43,514 bases of DNA from a virus (Duplodnaviria; Heunggongvirae; Uroviricota; Caudoviricetes). The notes below the pieces were generated by a model. It searched no databases, was not told where the DNA came from, and saw only the letters and a program-made list of their open reading frames with translations. The translations under genes and the position numbers were made by a program. This document shows positions 25,342 through 35,835 of the stretch, one piece after another (the first letter of the stretch is position 1; the number at the start of each line of letters is the position of its first letter). The DNA is taken from the IMG/VR virus record IMGVR_UViG_3300005660_000003, positions 74,261 to 117,774 of that record; one strand, 5' to 3'.

Positions 25342-26302
25342 GAAACCTGTAAGGCGTAGGGTTAAAAAAGTACTTAAATCTTCTACTAAAGCTAGCATTA
25401 AAAAGAATAGGAATAAGCGCAGATATACAAAGAAGTATCTACTCATGAGAAACCAAGTAATGTTAAGAGATAGATACGAGTGTCAAATGTGTAAAGCCAA
25501 TGGCGTTAAGCTAGAATGCCACCATGTTATTAGATGGGCAAAAGCTTCATCTGTTAGGCAAAATAAAAGAAATCTTATCTCTTTGTGTAAGAAGTGCCAC
25601 GCTTCTATAAAGAACAAGGAAGACAGATATATATCTGTATTTCGTGCTAAAATTGCGCGTAACACAGAAAGAGCCCGCAGAGAGAAGCTTACAATGGAGG
25701 ATATTATAGCCAAGAAAAAGCTTCAACAAGAACTAACTGGTGATGATATATGTTATGTCGCCCCAGAAGCTGGTGATGTAGTTAAATCCAAGAAGACAGA
25801 AGATTACCTAAGGGTAACTTGGCGAGGAATAAAACGCAGGACCACAAACGACAAGTGTAAGAGTTATCCCAGATACGGAGGAAGAGGCATTAAGATGTTT
25901 CCTACTTGGCTAGAGTCTTTTAAACTCTTTAAGAAATATATACTAGCCAACTTAGGAGATCGCCCAGAGGGGCACTCTTTGGATAGAATAGATAACGACA
26001 AAGGTTATGAGCCCGGTAACCTAAGGTGGGCAACAGCAGAAATACAAAAACAGAATAATAGTCAAACTAGACTAGACGACACAATAGCTGAAGTTATATT
26101 TATATTATTTCATAAGTTTAAAAAGAAGCAGATTGAAATAATGCGGGCATTTAATATGAACAACCCTACGGCAGTAAGAAATATAGTAAGAGGAAAAGCA
26201 TGGGTAAATATAACAAACAAATACAAATCTATAGTAAAACAAGAGGCTGTCCTTCTTAATATTAAGGACTGGGAAGATAAAAATGCTAAACATAATAGTT
26301 GA
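25334..26302 (+). CDS. double-HNH endonuclease
   Basis: N-terminal RDRYECQMC...LECHHVIRW...NLISLCKKCH; C-terminal YGGRGIKM...SLDRIDNDKGYEPGNLRWAT. Confidence 0.8.
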   Translation: MAKKPVRRRVKKVLKSSTKASIKKNRNKRRYTKKYLLMRNQVMLRDRYECQMCKANGVKLECHHVIRWAKASSVRQNKRNLISLCKKCHASIKNKEDRYISVFRAKIARNTERARREKLTMEDIIAKKKLQQELTGDDICYVAPEAGDVVKSKKTEDYLRVTWRGIKRRTTNDKCKSYPRYGGRGIKMFPTWLESFKLFKKYILANLGDRPEGHSLDRIDNDKGYEPGNLRWATAEIQKQNNSQTRLDDTIAEVIFILFHKFKKKQIEIMRAFNMNNPTAVRNIVRGKAWVNITNKYKSIVKQEAVLLNIKDWEDKNAKHNS

Positions 26303-26753
26303 TACCAGAGAAAAGAAGAATTTCTTTCTATTTAAATCTTATGAAGATGTAGAGACTACACGAAAACCACTTAAGACTGGAGACTACTCTTTAATTGGTT
26401 ACGAAAACAAGATAACAATAGATAGAAAAGAAACTACTGGTGAATTACAATTATGTTTTGGCGGAAGCTGGAAGAGATTTAGGCGAGAAATAGAAAGGAT
26501 GAGTGCTTTTGAGGAGGCATACATCCTTTGTTCTTTTCCATATGATTTTCTTACCATGTTTCCAGAGAATTCCCAAATTCCCAAGAGGAGATGGAAGTAC
26601 CTAAGAACTAATGGGAGTTTTCTTAAATGGCGATATAAAAGCATTGAAGAAGAATTCCCGAATATTAAATTTATTTTTTCCGAATCAAATCAAGAAGCAG
26701 AAAATACTGCTTATAATATACTGAGAGAATTTTATGACAAAGCTAATACTTAA
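26283..26753 (+). CDS. ERCC4-domain nuclease
   Basis: IIVDTREK, LKTGDYSL and IDRK motifs. Confidence 0.8.
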   Translation: MLNIIVDTREKKNFFLFKSYEDVETTRKPLKTGDYSLIGYENKITIDRKETTGELQLCFGGSWKRFRREIERMSAFEEAYILCSFPYDFLTMFPENSQIPKRRWKYLRTNGSFLKWRYKSIEEEFPNIKFIFSESNQEAENTAYNILREFYDKANT

Positions 26754-29700
26754 TAAAAAAGCAAACGAAATCATAGGGGATACATTTTTATCAGGTTTAT
26801 CTAAGGATGATTTTGATAAGAAAATCGCAGAAGCTTATCTAGGTGTACTTACTAACGATAGAACCCTATTTAATCCATTAGGGCAAATTACCCCATTGAT
26901 TAATGATAATTTTCCTCAGTACGTACTACACTTAATGAGTCAACCTGAATACTTTTACTTTATAATTAAATATATTTTTCAGATGGACAGCTTCCCTCAG
27001 CAATGTATGATGCTTAGGGAACTTTATAATCATAAGTTTCCTTTACTAATTGGTTCGCGTGGTGTTGGGAAAGCGCATACCTTAGAAACCCCAATATTAA
27101 CCGACAATGGTTGGTCTACTATGGGTGATATGAATATTGGAACAAAGATATACAGTAGAGACGGTAAGTTGTACAATGTTACCGCTATACACCCGCAAGG
27201 TAAAAAACAAGTTTGGAGAGTGTTTTTTGTAGACGGAAGAACCGTAGATTGTTGTGAAGATCATTTATGGACTGTAAAAAGACAAAAGAAAGAAGTGGTT
27301 TTATCAACTAAAAAGATGTACACGGACGGACTTATTTCACGTGGCCCAAGTGGAAAACATGCATATAAGTTTAAGGTTCCATTACCAGAGCCAATTGAGC
27401 TATCTAAAAACGAACTATCAATGGATCCATATATCCTTGGGTGTATGCTTGGAGATGGTTGTATGACTACCGCCACTCCGAAAATAGCATCAGATGATAT
27501 ATTTATTATAGATCAATTTAGGGAAAAATTAAAAGGATTTAAGATCGAAAAAGACCCTACTAATAATAATTATACAATAGTAGATATAGATAAGCAAGTA
27601 AATGAAAGATGTAGACTTGGTACAAAGCACTTTAGGAAAGATGGCAATAGATTTACAGATCTAATAAGAAGCTTATCCTTAAATGTTGGATGTTTGGGTA
27701 AATTTATTCCTAATGAATATAAAACTTCGTCCATTGAAGATAGAATGGAATTGGTTAGAGGGTTATTGGATACTGACGGGTCCATAAATAAGAATGGGTC
27801 TATAGAATTCACCAATACAAATGAAACCCTAATAAATGACTTGATGGATGTTTTAAGAAGTTTAGGTATAACATGTAGAAAATCTATAGACGATAGAACT
27901 GGACAACAGCATATATTGCCAAATGGTAAGATTGGTATTAGAGGTACTTATTTTAGAATTTTTATTAATACTTCTAAAAAAGTATTTAAGCTCCCTAGAA
28001 AACTAAGTAGATTAAAAATCAAGCGCACAGATAGAGAATCTTATAACCCTATTATTAAGATAGAGCCAATTACTGAATATAAAGAAATGCAATGCATATC
28101 AGTAGACTCTCCAGATCATACATATATTACCAAAGATTACGTAGTAACTCACAACAGTATTGGGCTTGCCATGTATATGATGATTAAGATGATTTTATTG
28201 CCCGGATCTAAGTGCATTATTACTTCAGCTGGCTTCAGACAGTCTAAAGTGGTTTTTGATTACATGGAGACAATTTGGAAGAAATCCTTAGTTCTTCAGA
28301 GCTGTTTTAAGGGTGGTAAAAATGGGCCAACTCACGGGACTGATGTTTGGACATTTAGACTTGGTGACAGCATTACATACGCTTTACCAGTAGGACCAGA
28401 CGGGTCTAAGGTTAGGGGGTATAGAGCTAACTGTGTTCATTCAACTACGTTAATCCAGACAGATAAAGGTTTAATTAAAATCAAAGATTTTAAAACTAAA
28501 TCTTGTGAATCTGTTATTAACATTAATAGAGAACTAGAAGAACCCAAAACTCATTACAATACTGAAGAGATAGATGTTTACGAACTCACAACTGAAAATG
28601 GTTATAAACTTAGATTTTCAGAAATTCACCAACTTAATGGGCCAACTGGATGGATAATCGGAACAGATCTAACTTATAAGGATGTCTATCTTGATAACAA
28701 TGAGTATTTCCCGCAAGAATACTGTAAACACAGTAGTTTAAAACTCGATGAAGAATCTATATTTTTAAGCGGTCTTTTAAATTTATCAACACTTGGAGCA
28801 GATGAAATACCTTGGTATATATTACAGTCTCCAAGAAAAATAGTGTATAAATTTTTAAACATATTATTTGGTCAATATTGGATTAATAAGAAGTATAACG
28901 CCTCTAGTAGGTATAAACTAGAACAACTTCAAATTCTTCTTCTTAAGTTTAATTTTATAGCCAATATAAAAGAAGTAGGTACCAAGTTTGAACTTACTGT
29001 TCTAAAACAACATTTAGAACCAGAAACTCGCCCAGTAGAAAAGGTGATTTCTGTTGTTAAATTAGATAAGCAAGAAAGTTTATATGATTTTGAGCTAATG
29101 GAGACAAACAGCTTTTCTGGAGGAGGGTTCATTAATCACAATTGTCTGGTTACGGACGAATTTTCATGCACTAGGAAATCTTTAGTAGCAACAGATATTG
29201 GTTTATTAAAGATAGAAGATATAGTAGAAAATAAAATTAAATGTAATGTTTACAATATAAATGGTGAACTGGAGCCAATCATTGGTTGGGTAAAAACCCC
29301 TGTAACAGACGTTTATAATCTTACAACAAAGTATGGTTATGAAATAGAATTTTCTGATAAACACAAATTTATGTTATCAACTGGAGAATGGAAAAAGGGT
29401 ATAGATCTAACTAAAGATGACTTTATCCTTTTTGACAATAATTACAAATTTCCTTTAAGTGAACTTAAATCTTATAAAAATATACCGAGTAATGACTTAG
29501 CTTATTTATACGGATTATTAATTTCTGAGGGGTATGTATGTAATAAAAATTTTGTTTCTATAATTAATACTGATAAAGAACTTATAGACGATCTACAAAA
29601 TAGATTTTCTTTATTAAATCCTAAGGTATATATTAAAAAAGCATTAACTGATAAACGTGGATGGAACTGTAAGGAAAGTTATGAAATTAGATTTTACAGT

Positions 29701-31779
29701 GTTGAATTTAGAGAGTTCCTTTTTTCTCAGGGCATTGAGTATAAAACAGCCATAAATAAAGTTATTCCGTGGAGCATATTGCAATGCTCAAGAGAAAATG
29801 TTTTAAATTTTCTTAAGGGCGCATTCATTGGTGACGGATCAGCTTTTATATGGAAAGACAGAGGAAATAAAAAGATTGGCGTAGCCTATTATTCATCCTC
29901 TAAGTTATTAGTAGACCAAATGCAGATTTTGTTAAAATCTTTAGGTTATTTATCATACAAAAATAAAAGAGACAGCTCTATATCTAAAAACAAACAATGG
30001 TTTATAAGATTGAATGGAACATATGCTTCTGATTTTATCACAGATATACAATATCCCAATTTAAATAAATTAATTAGTGAAATAACTCCATTTGTTGATA
30101 GATTAAGAAATAAAACTGGAACAGTTTACTATAGAAAAAAATACAATAATTATAGTGTTCATAGTTATAAAAACTGTAAATCTATATATCTTGGTTTAGT
30201 TAAAACAAAAGATGAAGGTTATTTAAAAATTAAGAATTTTAACGATAAGACAAAACTGTGTGTTCAAGTAAAATCTGTTAAAAAAATAAATGAAAGAAGT
30301 CATTTATATGATATATCTTTACCAAATACGCATAGTTATTATGCAAATGGCTTAGTTAGTCATAACTCAATTAACAGACAGGTTTTTGAAGAAGTTATGT
30401 CTGGATTCTTATCAGTCGCCTCTTCTCCAGTCGAGCAAATTAAGTTTAACGCCAAGAAGAATACTATGAAAATGTTTAATATTCCAATACCTAAATCAGA
30501 TCAGGGAGATGGTGATTTTATGCAAAACCAGCTTATTCTTTCTGGAACCGCATATTATCAAATGAATCATTTTTATGCATACTTTAATAAGTGGCACGAT
30601 ATAATAATGTCAAAGCAAAACCCAAAACTTTTAAAAGACATGTTTACAAAGGATGAAGACGCGAAACACATTAATCCAGATGATTACTCAATAATTAGAA
30701 TTCCTATTGAGCTGACAACTAGTGGATATATGGATATGGCGCAAATAAGTAGAATAAAAGCTAGTACAACAAAAGACGTCTATCTTCGTGAATATTGTGC
30801 CGTTTTTACGAATGATTCAGATGGTTTTTTTAGAATTAGTCTAATTGACTCATGTACATGTCAAGAAGGTGATCCTGAGATATTCCCTCCAGCGTTATAT
30901 GGAAATAGAAAAAAGAAATATGTCTTTGGTGTTGACCCGGCCTACGAAGGGGACAACTTTGCTGTTGTTGTAATAGAGCTTAATGGTAATCACCGTAGAG
31001 TGGTCCACGTTTGGACGACTCAAGCTAGTGATCACAAAGCAAGATTGTTAAGAAAAATAATAACTGAAAATGATTATTATCATTATTGCGTTAGAAAAAT
31101 CAGAGATCTTATGAAAAGGTTTCCGTGTGAGTATATAGCTATTGACTCTCAGGGCGGTGGAAAAGCAGTAATGGAAGCTTTTACAGATATAACAAAGCTA
31201 AAGGAAGGAGAAAGCATTATACTTCCTACTATTGAGATTGAAGAAAAAATAAAAGAAACAGACGTTATGTCTGGTTTACATATTATTAAAATAGTTAATT
31301 TTACTTCTGAGTGGATAGCTACAGCTAATTACGCTCTTAAGAAAGACATGGAAGATAAAACAATCAGATTTCCTTTTAGTGATGATGTTTCTTACGCAAT
31401 CGCTGAATATTATGACGAATCTCTTGGTAAAAATAAGGAGCTTTACGATACTTTGGATGACTGTATATTTGAAATAGAGGAACTTAAAAAAGAACTTACA
31501 ACTATTACAGTTAGCGAGACTGCTACAGGAAGAGAAAAATTTGACACACCGTCTGTTAAGGTTGGTATAAACAAAAAAGGCAGATTAAAGAAAGATAGGT
31601 ATTCTGCTTTGTTAATGGCTAACATAGTATCTAGAGAAATAGATAATGATGGAGATCGTCTTGAAAATCCCGATTTATTGGATCTTAGTAGCTTTTGTAC
31701 AAGAGTAGATACGGGCGTTTTATTTAAGGGTAATAGTAAGATTGCAAGCCAGTTGAACAAACTTTACGGTGGTTTATAG
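26734..31779 (+). CDS. terL: terminase large subunit with three inteins (precursor 1681 aa, spliced about 680 aa)
   Basis: Spliced Walker A GSRGVGK|S, Walker B AN|CLVTDEFS|SI, RNase H-like nuclease YVFGVDPA, C-terminal KDRYSALLMA; lies directly upstream of the portal. Confidence 0.93.
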   Translation: MTKLILNKKANEIIGDTFLSGLSKDDFDKKIAEAYLGVLTNDRTLFNPLGQITPLINDNFPQYVLHLMSQPEYFYFIIKYIFQMDSFPQQCMMLRELYNHKFPLLIGSRGVGKAHTLETPILTDNGWSTMGDMNIGTKIYSRDGKLYNVTAIHPQGKKQVWRVFFVDGRTVDCCEDHLWTVKRQKKEVVLSTKKMYTDGLISRGPSGKHAYKFKVPLPEPIELSKNELSMDPYILGCMLGDGCMTTATPKIASDDIFIIDQFREKLKGFKIEKDPTNNNYTIVDIDKQVNERCRLGTKHFRKDGNRFTDLIRSLSLNVGCLGKFIPNEYKTSSIEDRMELVRGLLDTDGSINKNGSIEFTNTNETLINDLMDVLRSLGITCRKSIDDRTGQQHILPNGKIGIRGTYFRIFINTSKKVFKLPRKLSRLKIKRTDRESYNPIIKIEPITEYKEMQCISVDSPDHTYITKDYVVTHNSIGLAMYMMIKMILLPGSKCIITSAGFRQSKVVFDYMETIWKKSLVLQSCFKGGKNGPTHGTDVWTFRLGDSITYALPVGPDGSKVRGYRANCVHSTTLIQTDKGLIKIKDFKTKSCESVININRELEEPKTHYNTEEIDVYELTTENGYKLRFSEIHQLNGPTGWIIGTDLTYKDVYLDNNEYFPQEYCKHSSLKLDEESIFLSGLLNLSTLGADEIPWYILQSPRKIVYKFLNILFGQYWINKKYNASSRYKLEQLQILLLKFNFIANIKEVGTKFELTVLKQHLEPETRPVEKVISVVKLDKQESLYDFELMETNSFSGGGFINHNCLVTDEFSCTRKSLVATDIGLLKIEDIVENKIKCNVYNINGELEPIIGWVKTPVTDVYNLTTKYGYEIEFSDKHKFMLSTGEWKKGIDLTKDDFILFDNNYKFPLSELKSYKNIPSNDLAYLYGLLISEGYVCNKNFVSIINTDKELIDDLQNRFSLLNPKVYIKKALTDKRGWNCKESYEIRFYSVEFREFLFSQGIEYKTAINKVIPWSILQCSRENVLNFLKGAFIGDGSAFIWKDRGNKKIGVAYYSSSKLLVDQMQILLKSLGYLSYKNKRDSSISKNKQWFIRLNGTYASDFITDIQYPNLNKLISEITPFVDRLRNKTGTVYYRKKYNNYSVHSYKNCKSIYLGLVKTKDEGYLKIKNFNDKTKLCVQVKSVKKINERSHLYDISLPNTHSYYANGLVSHNSINRQVFEEVMSGFLSVASSPVEQIKFNAKKNTMKMFNIPIPKSDQGDGDFMQNQLILSGTAYYQMNHFYAYFNKWHDIIMSKQNPKLLKDMFTKDEDAKHINPDDYSIIRIPIELTTSGYMDMAQISRIKASTTKDVYLREYCAVFTNDSDGFFRISLIDSCTCQEGDPEIFPPALYGNRKKKYVFGVDPAYEGDNFAVVVIELNGNHRRVVHVWTTQASDHKARLLRKIITENDYYHYCVRKIRDLMKRFPCEYIAIDSQGGGKAVMEAFTDITKLKEGESIILPTIEIEEKIKETDVMSGLHIIKIVNFTSEWIATANYALKKDMEDKTIRFPFSDDVSYAIAEYYDESLGKNKELYDTLDDCIFEIEELKKELTTITVSETATGREKFDTPSVKVGINKKGRLKKDRYSALLMANIVSREIDNDGDRLENPDLLDLSSFCTRVDTGVLFKGNSKIASQLNKLYGGL
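27073..28155 (+). mobile_element. intein 1 in TerL Walker A (361 aa), Ala1, class 3-like, with LAGLIDADG endonuclease
   Basis: Starts AHTLETPILTDNGW and ends YVVTHN|S; EDHLW (Trp), MQCISV (Cys) and VTHN (Thr); endonuclease motifs ILGCMLGDG and LVRGLLDTDG. Confidence 0.88.
28432..29142 (+). mobile_element. intein 2 (237 aa) with degenerate LAGLIDADG remnant
   Basis: Starts CVHSTTLIQTDKG and ends GFINHN|C; the endonuclease motifs are eroded (FLSGLLN, KFLNILFG). Confidence 0.85.
29167..30366 (+). mobile_element. intein 3 (about 400 aa) with LAGLIDADG endonuclease; start at 29164 (Ser) or 29167 (Cys)
   Basis: (S)CTRKSLVATDIG...YLYGLLISEG...FLKGAFIGDG...ANGLVSHN|S. Confidence 0.88.
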
Positions 31780-31848
31780 AAAAAAAGAAGAAAAAAGAGT
31801 AGTATCTAGTATAAGGTATTACAATTACTATTAACGTTAGGTACAATA

Positions 31849-33933
31849 ATGAGCGATATTAAGTTAGCCAAATTGCAAAAAAGTATAGCTGCATACTCCG
31901 AAGGATGCTCGGCTGTTAGCAGAACGTCTACCGGTATAGATAATACTTTTAGCGCTAAAGGTGGAATGCTTACTCGTGATGAATATAGTAAAAGTAATTA
32001 CGACTCAGCTCGTCCTAATGAAAGAGTCCCCACTGACTTCCTTAATTCTTTAATATTTTGTAATGACTCTTATTACAATGTGGCAATTGTCCGCAACGTG
32101 ATAGACATAATGTCGGACTTTTGCATTAAAGGGATTGACTGGTCCCACGCAAATAGGGCCACTCAAGCATTTTATAGAGAGTGGTTTAGAACAGTAGACG
32201 GAATTGATGTCTCTGAGAGATTTTGTAATTATCTTATTAGACTTGGGAATGTAGCAATCGCCCCAGAGAAATCAAAAATCCCAGAAGGAATAGCTAGCAA
32301 CTGGAAAAAGACAAGGGGTGATACCTTTAAAGACATAAAAGTTAATAATCTAGAAATTCCATCTAGTTATAATTTTATAGATATTACCGCTTTACAACCT
32401 GTTATTGACCAAAATACAGTCGGTCTTAAAAATAGAACCTATAGAATAGCGTCTTCCGGTGGGCTAATATCTAGCTTTACTAACTATAATCTTAGCTTTA
32501 GAACACAAGATAGTAATACTTCTAATTTCTCAGGAACACTTTTTCAATCGCTTCCTTATAGTATTAAAAAGAAGGTGGTTGACAACTCTGGAAATGTAAT
32601 TATTAAAGAAGGTAAAGATATACTTGTCTATCATTACCGAAAAGATCACTGGGATACTTGGGCCCGTCCAATTATTCTCTCAATAGCAGAACCATTAATA
32701 ATGTTAAAGAAAATGCACCTTGCAGACATGTCTGCTTTAGATGGTGTTATTTCTAATGTCAGGCTCTGGAGAATTGGATACATAGATCAAACAAATGTAC
32801 TAAACTCTATCATTCCATCTGCGGATATGTTAACACTGTTCTCTAATATGCTTAGAAACAATATAGCTGGGGGAGTTTTAGACATAGTCTGGGGCCCAGA
32901 TCTAGACTTTAAAGAATCCAGCAGTAACGCTCACCAGTTTCTTTTCCCAGAAAAATACACGCAGCTTATGTCTGAGATATATGACGGATTGGGAATAAAC
33001 CCCTCTCTTGCTGGCGGGGCTAATGGGGGAAATAGTGGGTTGACTAACAATGCTATATCCATGAAGGTACTTGTGGAAAGATTGGCTTACGTTAGAAATA
33101 AGCTTATCCATTTTTGGAATGGTCAGGCTGATATAGTTCAAAAAGCAATGGGATTTCCTTCTGCCGCCAGAGTAGAGTTTGATGACGCTATATTCTCTGA
33201 TGAAATTGCTTACAAAAAACTTCTTGTCGATATTTATGACAGAAATATAATCAGTGCAGAATCTGTGAGAGAAGAATTTAATCTAGTGGATAGAATTGAG
33301 TCTAGTCGAGTTAATAGAGAAGTAAAGAAAAGAGAAAAGGGGACAGTCCCAGCTAAATCTGGACAATTTCACGATCCAATGATTAAAGATAAGCTCAAGA
33401 GTGATCTTATTAAAACTGGAAATCTAGATGGTGATCATATGGATGTGGACGTAAATAAAGACGAGGTTTACTCTAAGAATCCGGGAGGAAGGCCGACTGG
33501 AGCTAAAGACACTGGAAAGAGAGCTACGAAACAAGGTGTTACCAAAAAGGTAGTTGCCTCCTCTTTCATAGAAACTCATGTTTGGGCTAGAGAATCACTT
33601 GATAAGATTTCTAGTATAATTGGAGATTCGTACTTACAGGAAAAAGCTAAAGCAAACTTTAGACAGCTTAGTGATGATGAATCAAATGAGTTTGAAGATC
33701 TTAAGCTTTCTGTTCTCATGGGAATAGAGCCATTCAGTCCAGTTGAAATAAATACAGTTAGTGCCTCTATATCTAATATTAAATCCACACATCAAGAACG
33801 AGTAATAAGAGATACATTATTAATGGAATTATCAGGTAAAATAAAGAGAATTTTAACAATTGATGACAAGCGAATAGCCTCTGCAGCAGCGTACGCTATA
33901 TCTAAAATATCTGAAAACAACGATGAAAATTAG
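31849..33933 (+). CDS. portal protein
   Basis: 694 aa between TerL and the protease; IVRNVIDIMSDF, VYHYRKDHWDTWARP and helical character. Assigned mainly by synteny. Confidence 0.75.
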   Translation: MSDIKLAKLQKSIAAYSEGCSAVSRTSTGIDNTFSAKGGMLTRDEYSKSNYDSARPNERVPTDFLNSLIFCNDSYYNVAIVRNVIDIMSDFCIKGIDWSHANRATQAFYREWFRTVDGIDVSERFCNYLIRLGNVAIAPEKSKIPEGIASNWKKTRGDTFKDIKVNNLEIPSSYNFIDITALQPVIDQNTVGLKNRTYRIASSGGLISSFTNYNLSFRTQDSNTSNFSGTLFQSLPYSIKKKVVDNSGNVIIKEGKDILVYHYRKDHWDTWARPIILSIAEPLIMLKKMHLADMSALDGVISNVRLWRIGYIDQTNVLNSIIPSADMLTLFSNMLRNNIAGGVLDIVWGPDLDFKESSSNAHQFLFPEKYTQLMSEIYDGLGINPSLAGGANGGNSGLTNNAISMKVLVERLAYVRNKLIHFWNGQADIVQKAMGFPSAARVEFDDAIFSDEIAYKKLLVDIYDRNIISAESVREEFNLVDRIESSRVNREVKKREKGTVPAKSGQFHDPMIKDKLKSDLIKTGNLDGDHMDVDVNKDEVYSKNPGGRPTGAKDTGKRATKQGVTKKVVASSFIETHVWARESLDKISSIIGDSYLQEKAKANFRQLSDDESNEFEDLKLSVLMGIEPFSPVEINTVSASISNIKSTHQERVIRDTLLMELSGKIKRILTIDDKRIASAAAYAISKISENNDEN

Positions 33934-33967
33934 AAAAATAAACTAATTTAGAGAAGTATATTATAGA

Positions 33968-35332
33968 ATGTTAATAAAAGCTTATCAAACCGAAATACTC
34001 GACGGATTAGAAAACAAACTAGAGAACAACACAGTTGCTTTTACTAGTTGTATAACGAAATCTATCGAACCAACAACAGAGACAATTAAAATAGTTGCCT
34101 CATTTGATAACTCACGTAATTTTGACTTGTACTACATTCAATCTATTTTGGCTAGCATAGGCCCTAATAAGAATGATGATTGGTTTTTACCAGAAGAGAT
34201 GTGGGGAGCTAGACTAACCCCAGTTCATAAACAGTTAAATTACATGCATGATGAGAAAAATATTATTGGTGTAATTACTGATAGTATTACTCTTGATGCA
34301 AATGGTTCTACAATACTTGAAGAGTCCGCAAACGGGCAAGTTAAAGATATAGCTACTCAGGCAGTTATTTGGACAAATTGGGATGACCAAGTTGTTTCTG
34401 ATAATGTTCAAAAGATTATAGCATCTATAGAAAAAGACGAACTATATGTCTCTATGGAAGCTTTATTCAAAAACTTTGATTACATGTTAGTAAATGGCAA
34501 TGAAACAAAAATTGTTGCCCGAAACGAACAGACGTCTTTTTTAACTAAGCACCTCAGGTGTTATGGATCTAAAACCGGAGAATTTGATGGTTATAGAGTT
34601 TATAGAGTTTTAAGAGATTTTACTTTTAGTGGAAAGGGCATAGTAGACGATCCAGCTAATCCACGATCAAAAATGATTAATAATATTTTCGAAGTTAATA
34701 AAATAATTTCTACCAAAGCGGAGAACATAATGGAAAGTGATAAAATTGAAAAAGAAATAGCTGAATTAAAATCAGCACTTGTGGAGGCAAATAAAACTAT
34801 TGCGTCCATTAAATCTGAAGAAGCAGCTAAGGTTGTAGCAGAAGTTGAAAATCTTAAAGCCCAAGTTACAGCTCTTAAAACCTTGGCTGAAGAAACTCAG
34901 AACAAGATGGACGAGGTAAAGGCTGAAAAAGATCAAGAAATTGATAAAATGAAGACTGAATGTGCGGTTAAGGTTGAAGAAGCCGAAGCCGAACTAAATA
35001 AAGTAAAGAGTGAAAAGATTGTTGCCGAACGAGTTGCTAAGCTTGTAGCTGCTAATCTAACTGAAGAAAAAGCAAAAGATGTTGTTAAAACCTTCGCATC
35101 TGTTTCTGATGAGCTCTTTAAAGAAGTCTCTGACCTTTACACAAAGTCTAATGCTAGTGTAAAAACAGAAACGGTAATTACTACGACCGTAGCGGACGCT
35201 GTTGAAACTGCAACAGCATCCAATAATGTAGAAAACGTTGAAGCAGAAGTAAAAGTGGAACAAAACCTACTTGATCTTTCTAAGGCTATCGCAAACAAAT
35301 TGAACATAACTAAAGATAAGGGAGATAAATAA
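33968..35332 (+). CDS. prohead protease / scaffold fusion
   Basis: N-terminal NKNDDWF...HKQLNYMHDE...VSME...FSGKGIVDDPANPRS; C-terminal Ala/Glu/Lys coiled-coil scaffold. Confidence 0.75.
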   Translation: MLIKAYQTEILDGLENKLENNTVAFTSCITKSIEPTTETIKIVASFDNSRNFDLYYIQSILASIGPNKNDDWFLPEEMWGARLTPVHKQLNYMHDEKNIIGVITDSITLDANGSTILEESANGQVKDIATQAVIWTNWDDQVVSDNVQKIIASIEKDELYVSMEALFKNFDYMLVNGNETKIVARNEQTSFLTKHLRCYGSKTGEFDGYRVYRVLRDFTFSGKGIVDDPANPRSKMINNIFEVNKIISTKAENIMESDKIEKEIAELKSALVEANKTIASIKSEEAAKVVAEVENLKAQVTALKTLAEETQNKMDEVKAEKDQEIDKMKTECAVKVEEAEAELNKVKSEKIVAERVAKLVAANLTEEKAKDVVKTFASVSDELFKEVSDLYTKSNASVKTETVITTTVADAVETATASNNVENVEAEVKVEQNLLDLSKAIANKLNITKDKGDK

Positions 35333-35333
35333 T

Positions 35334-35807
35334 ATGGCTATTCGAGGTCACCAAGTAGTTGATCCATACTCATACGATCTGTCATGCACAATGAACAGCG
35401 TTGGTGAGTATGGCGGGTGTGTTGTTCTTACGACTGGCACTTTTACTGCTGGAATGGATAATTCTAGTAAAACTGTAGACTATGCTTTAACAGCATCTGG
35501 TCGTAAACCAATGGGTGTATTGATGCACACCGTTGAGAATTATGACGTTTCAAGAGTTCCTACGAACTACCAAAACGCCAACCTAGTTCCACTTAATAGT
35601 AAGGTTACTCTTGTTCGTAAGTTCAGGGGTAAAGTAAATAACCTGCATCCTGCAACAACTGGAGCAGTTACTCCGGGTGCTACGATGTACGTTGGACCAA
35701 GTGGTAATTATACCACACTTAGCACTAGTGGCTACCCATCTGTAGGCAGGTTTGAATCTGCTGTTGATACTGATGGATTCTGTGAAATATCTGTTAATAT
35801 CGACTAA
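35334..35807 (+). CDS. head decoration / capsid cement protein
   Basis: 157-aa beta-rich protein between the protease and major capsid genes. Confidence 0.55.
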   Translation: MAIRGHQVVDPYSYDLSCTMNSVGEYGGCVVLTTGTFTAGMDNSSKTVDYALTASGRKPMGVLMHTVENYDVSRVPTNYQNANLVPLNSKVTLVRKFRGKVNNLHPATTGAVTPGATMYVGPSGNYTTLSTSGYPSVGRFESAVDTDGFCEISVNID

Positions 35808-35835
35808 TCTAACCTAAATACGGAGTATAAATTAT

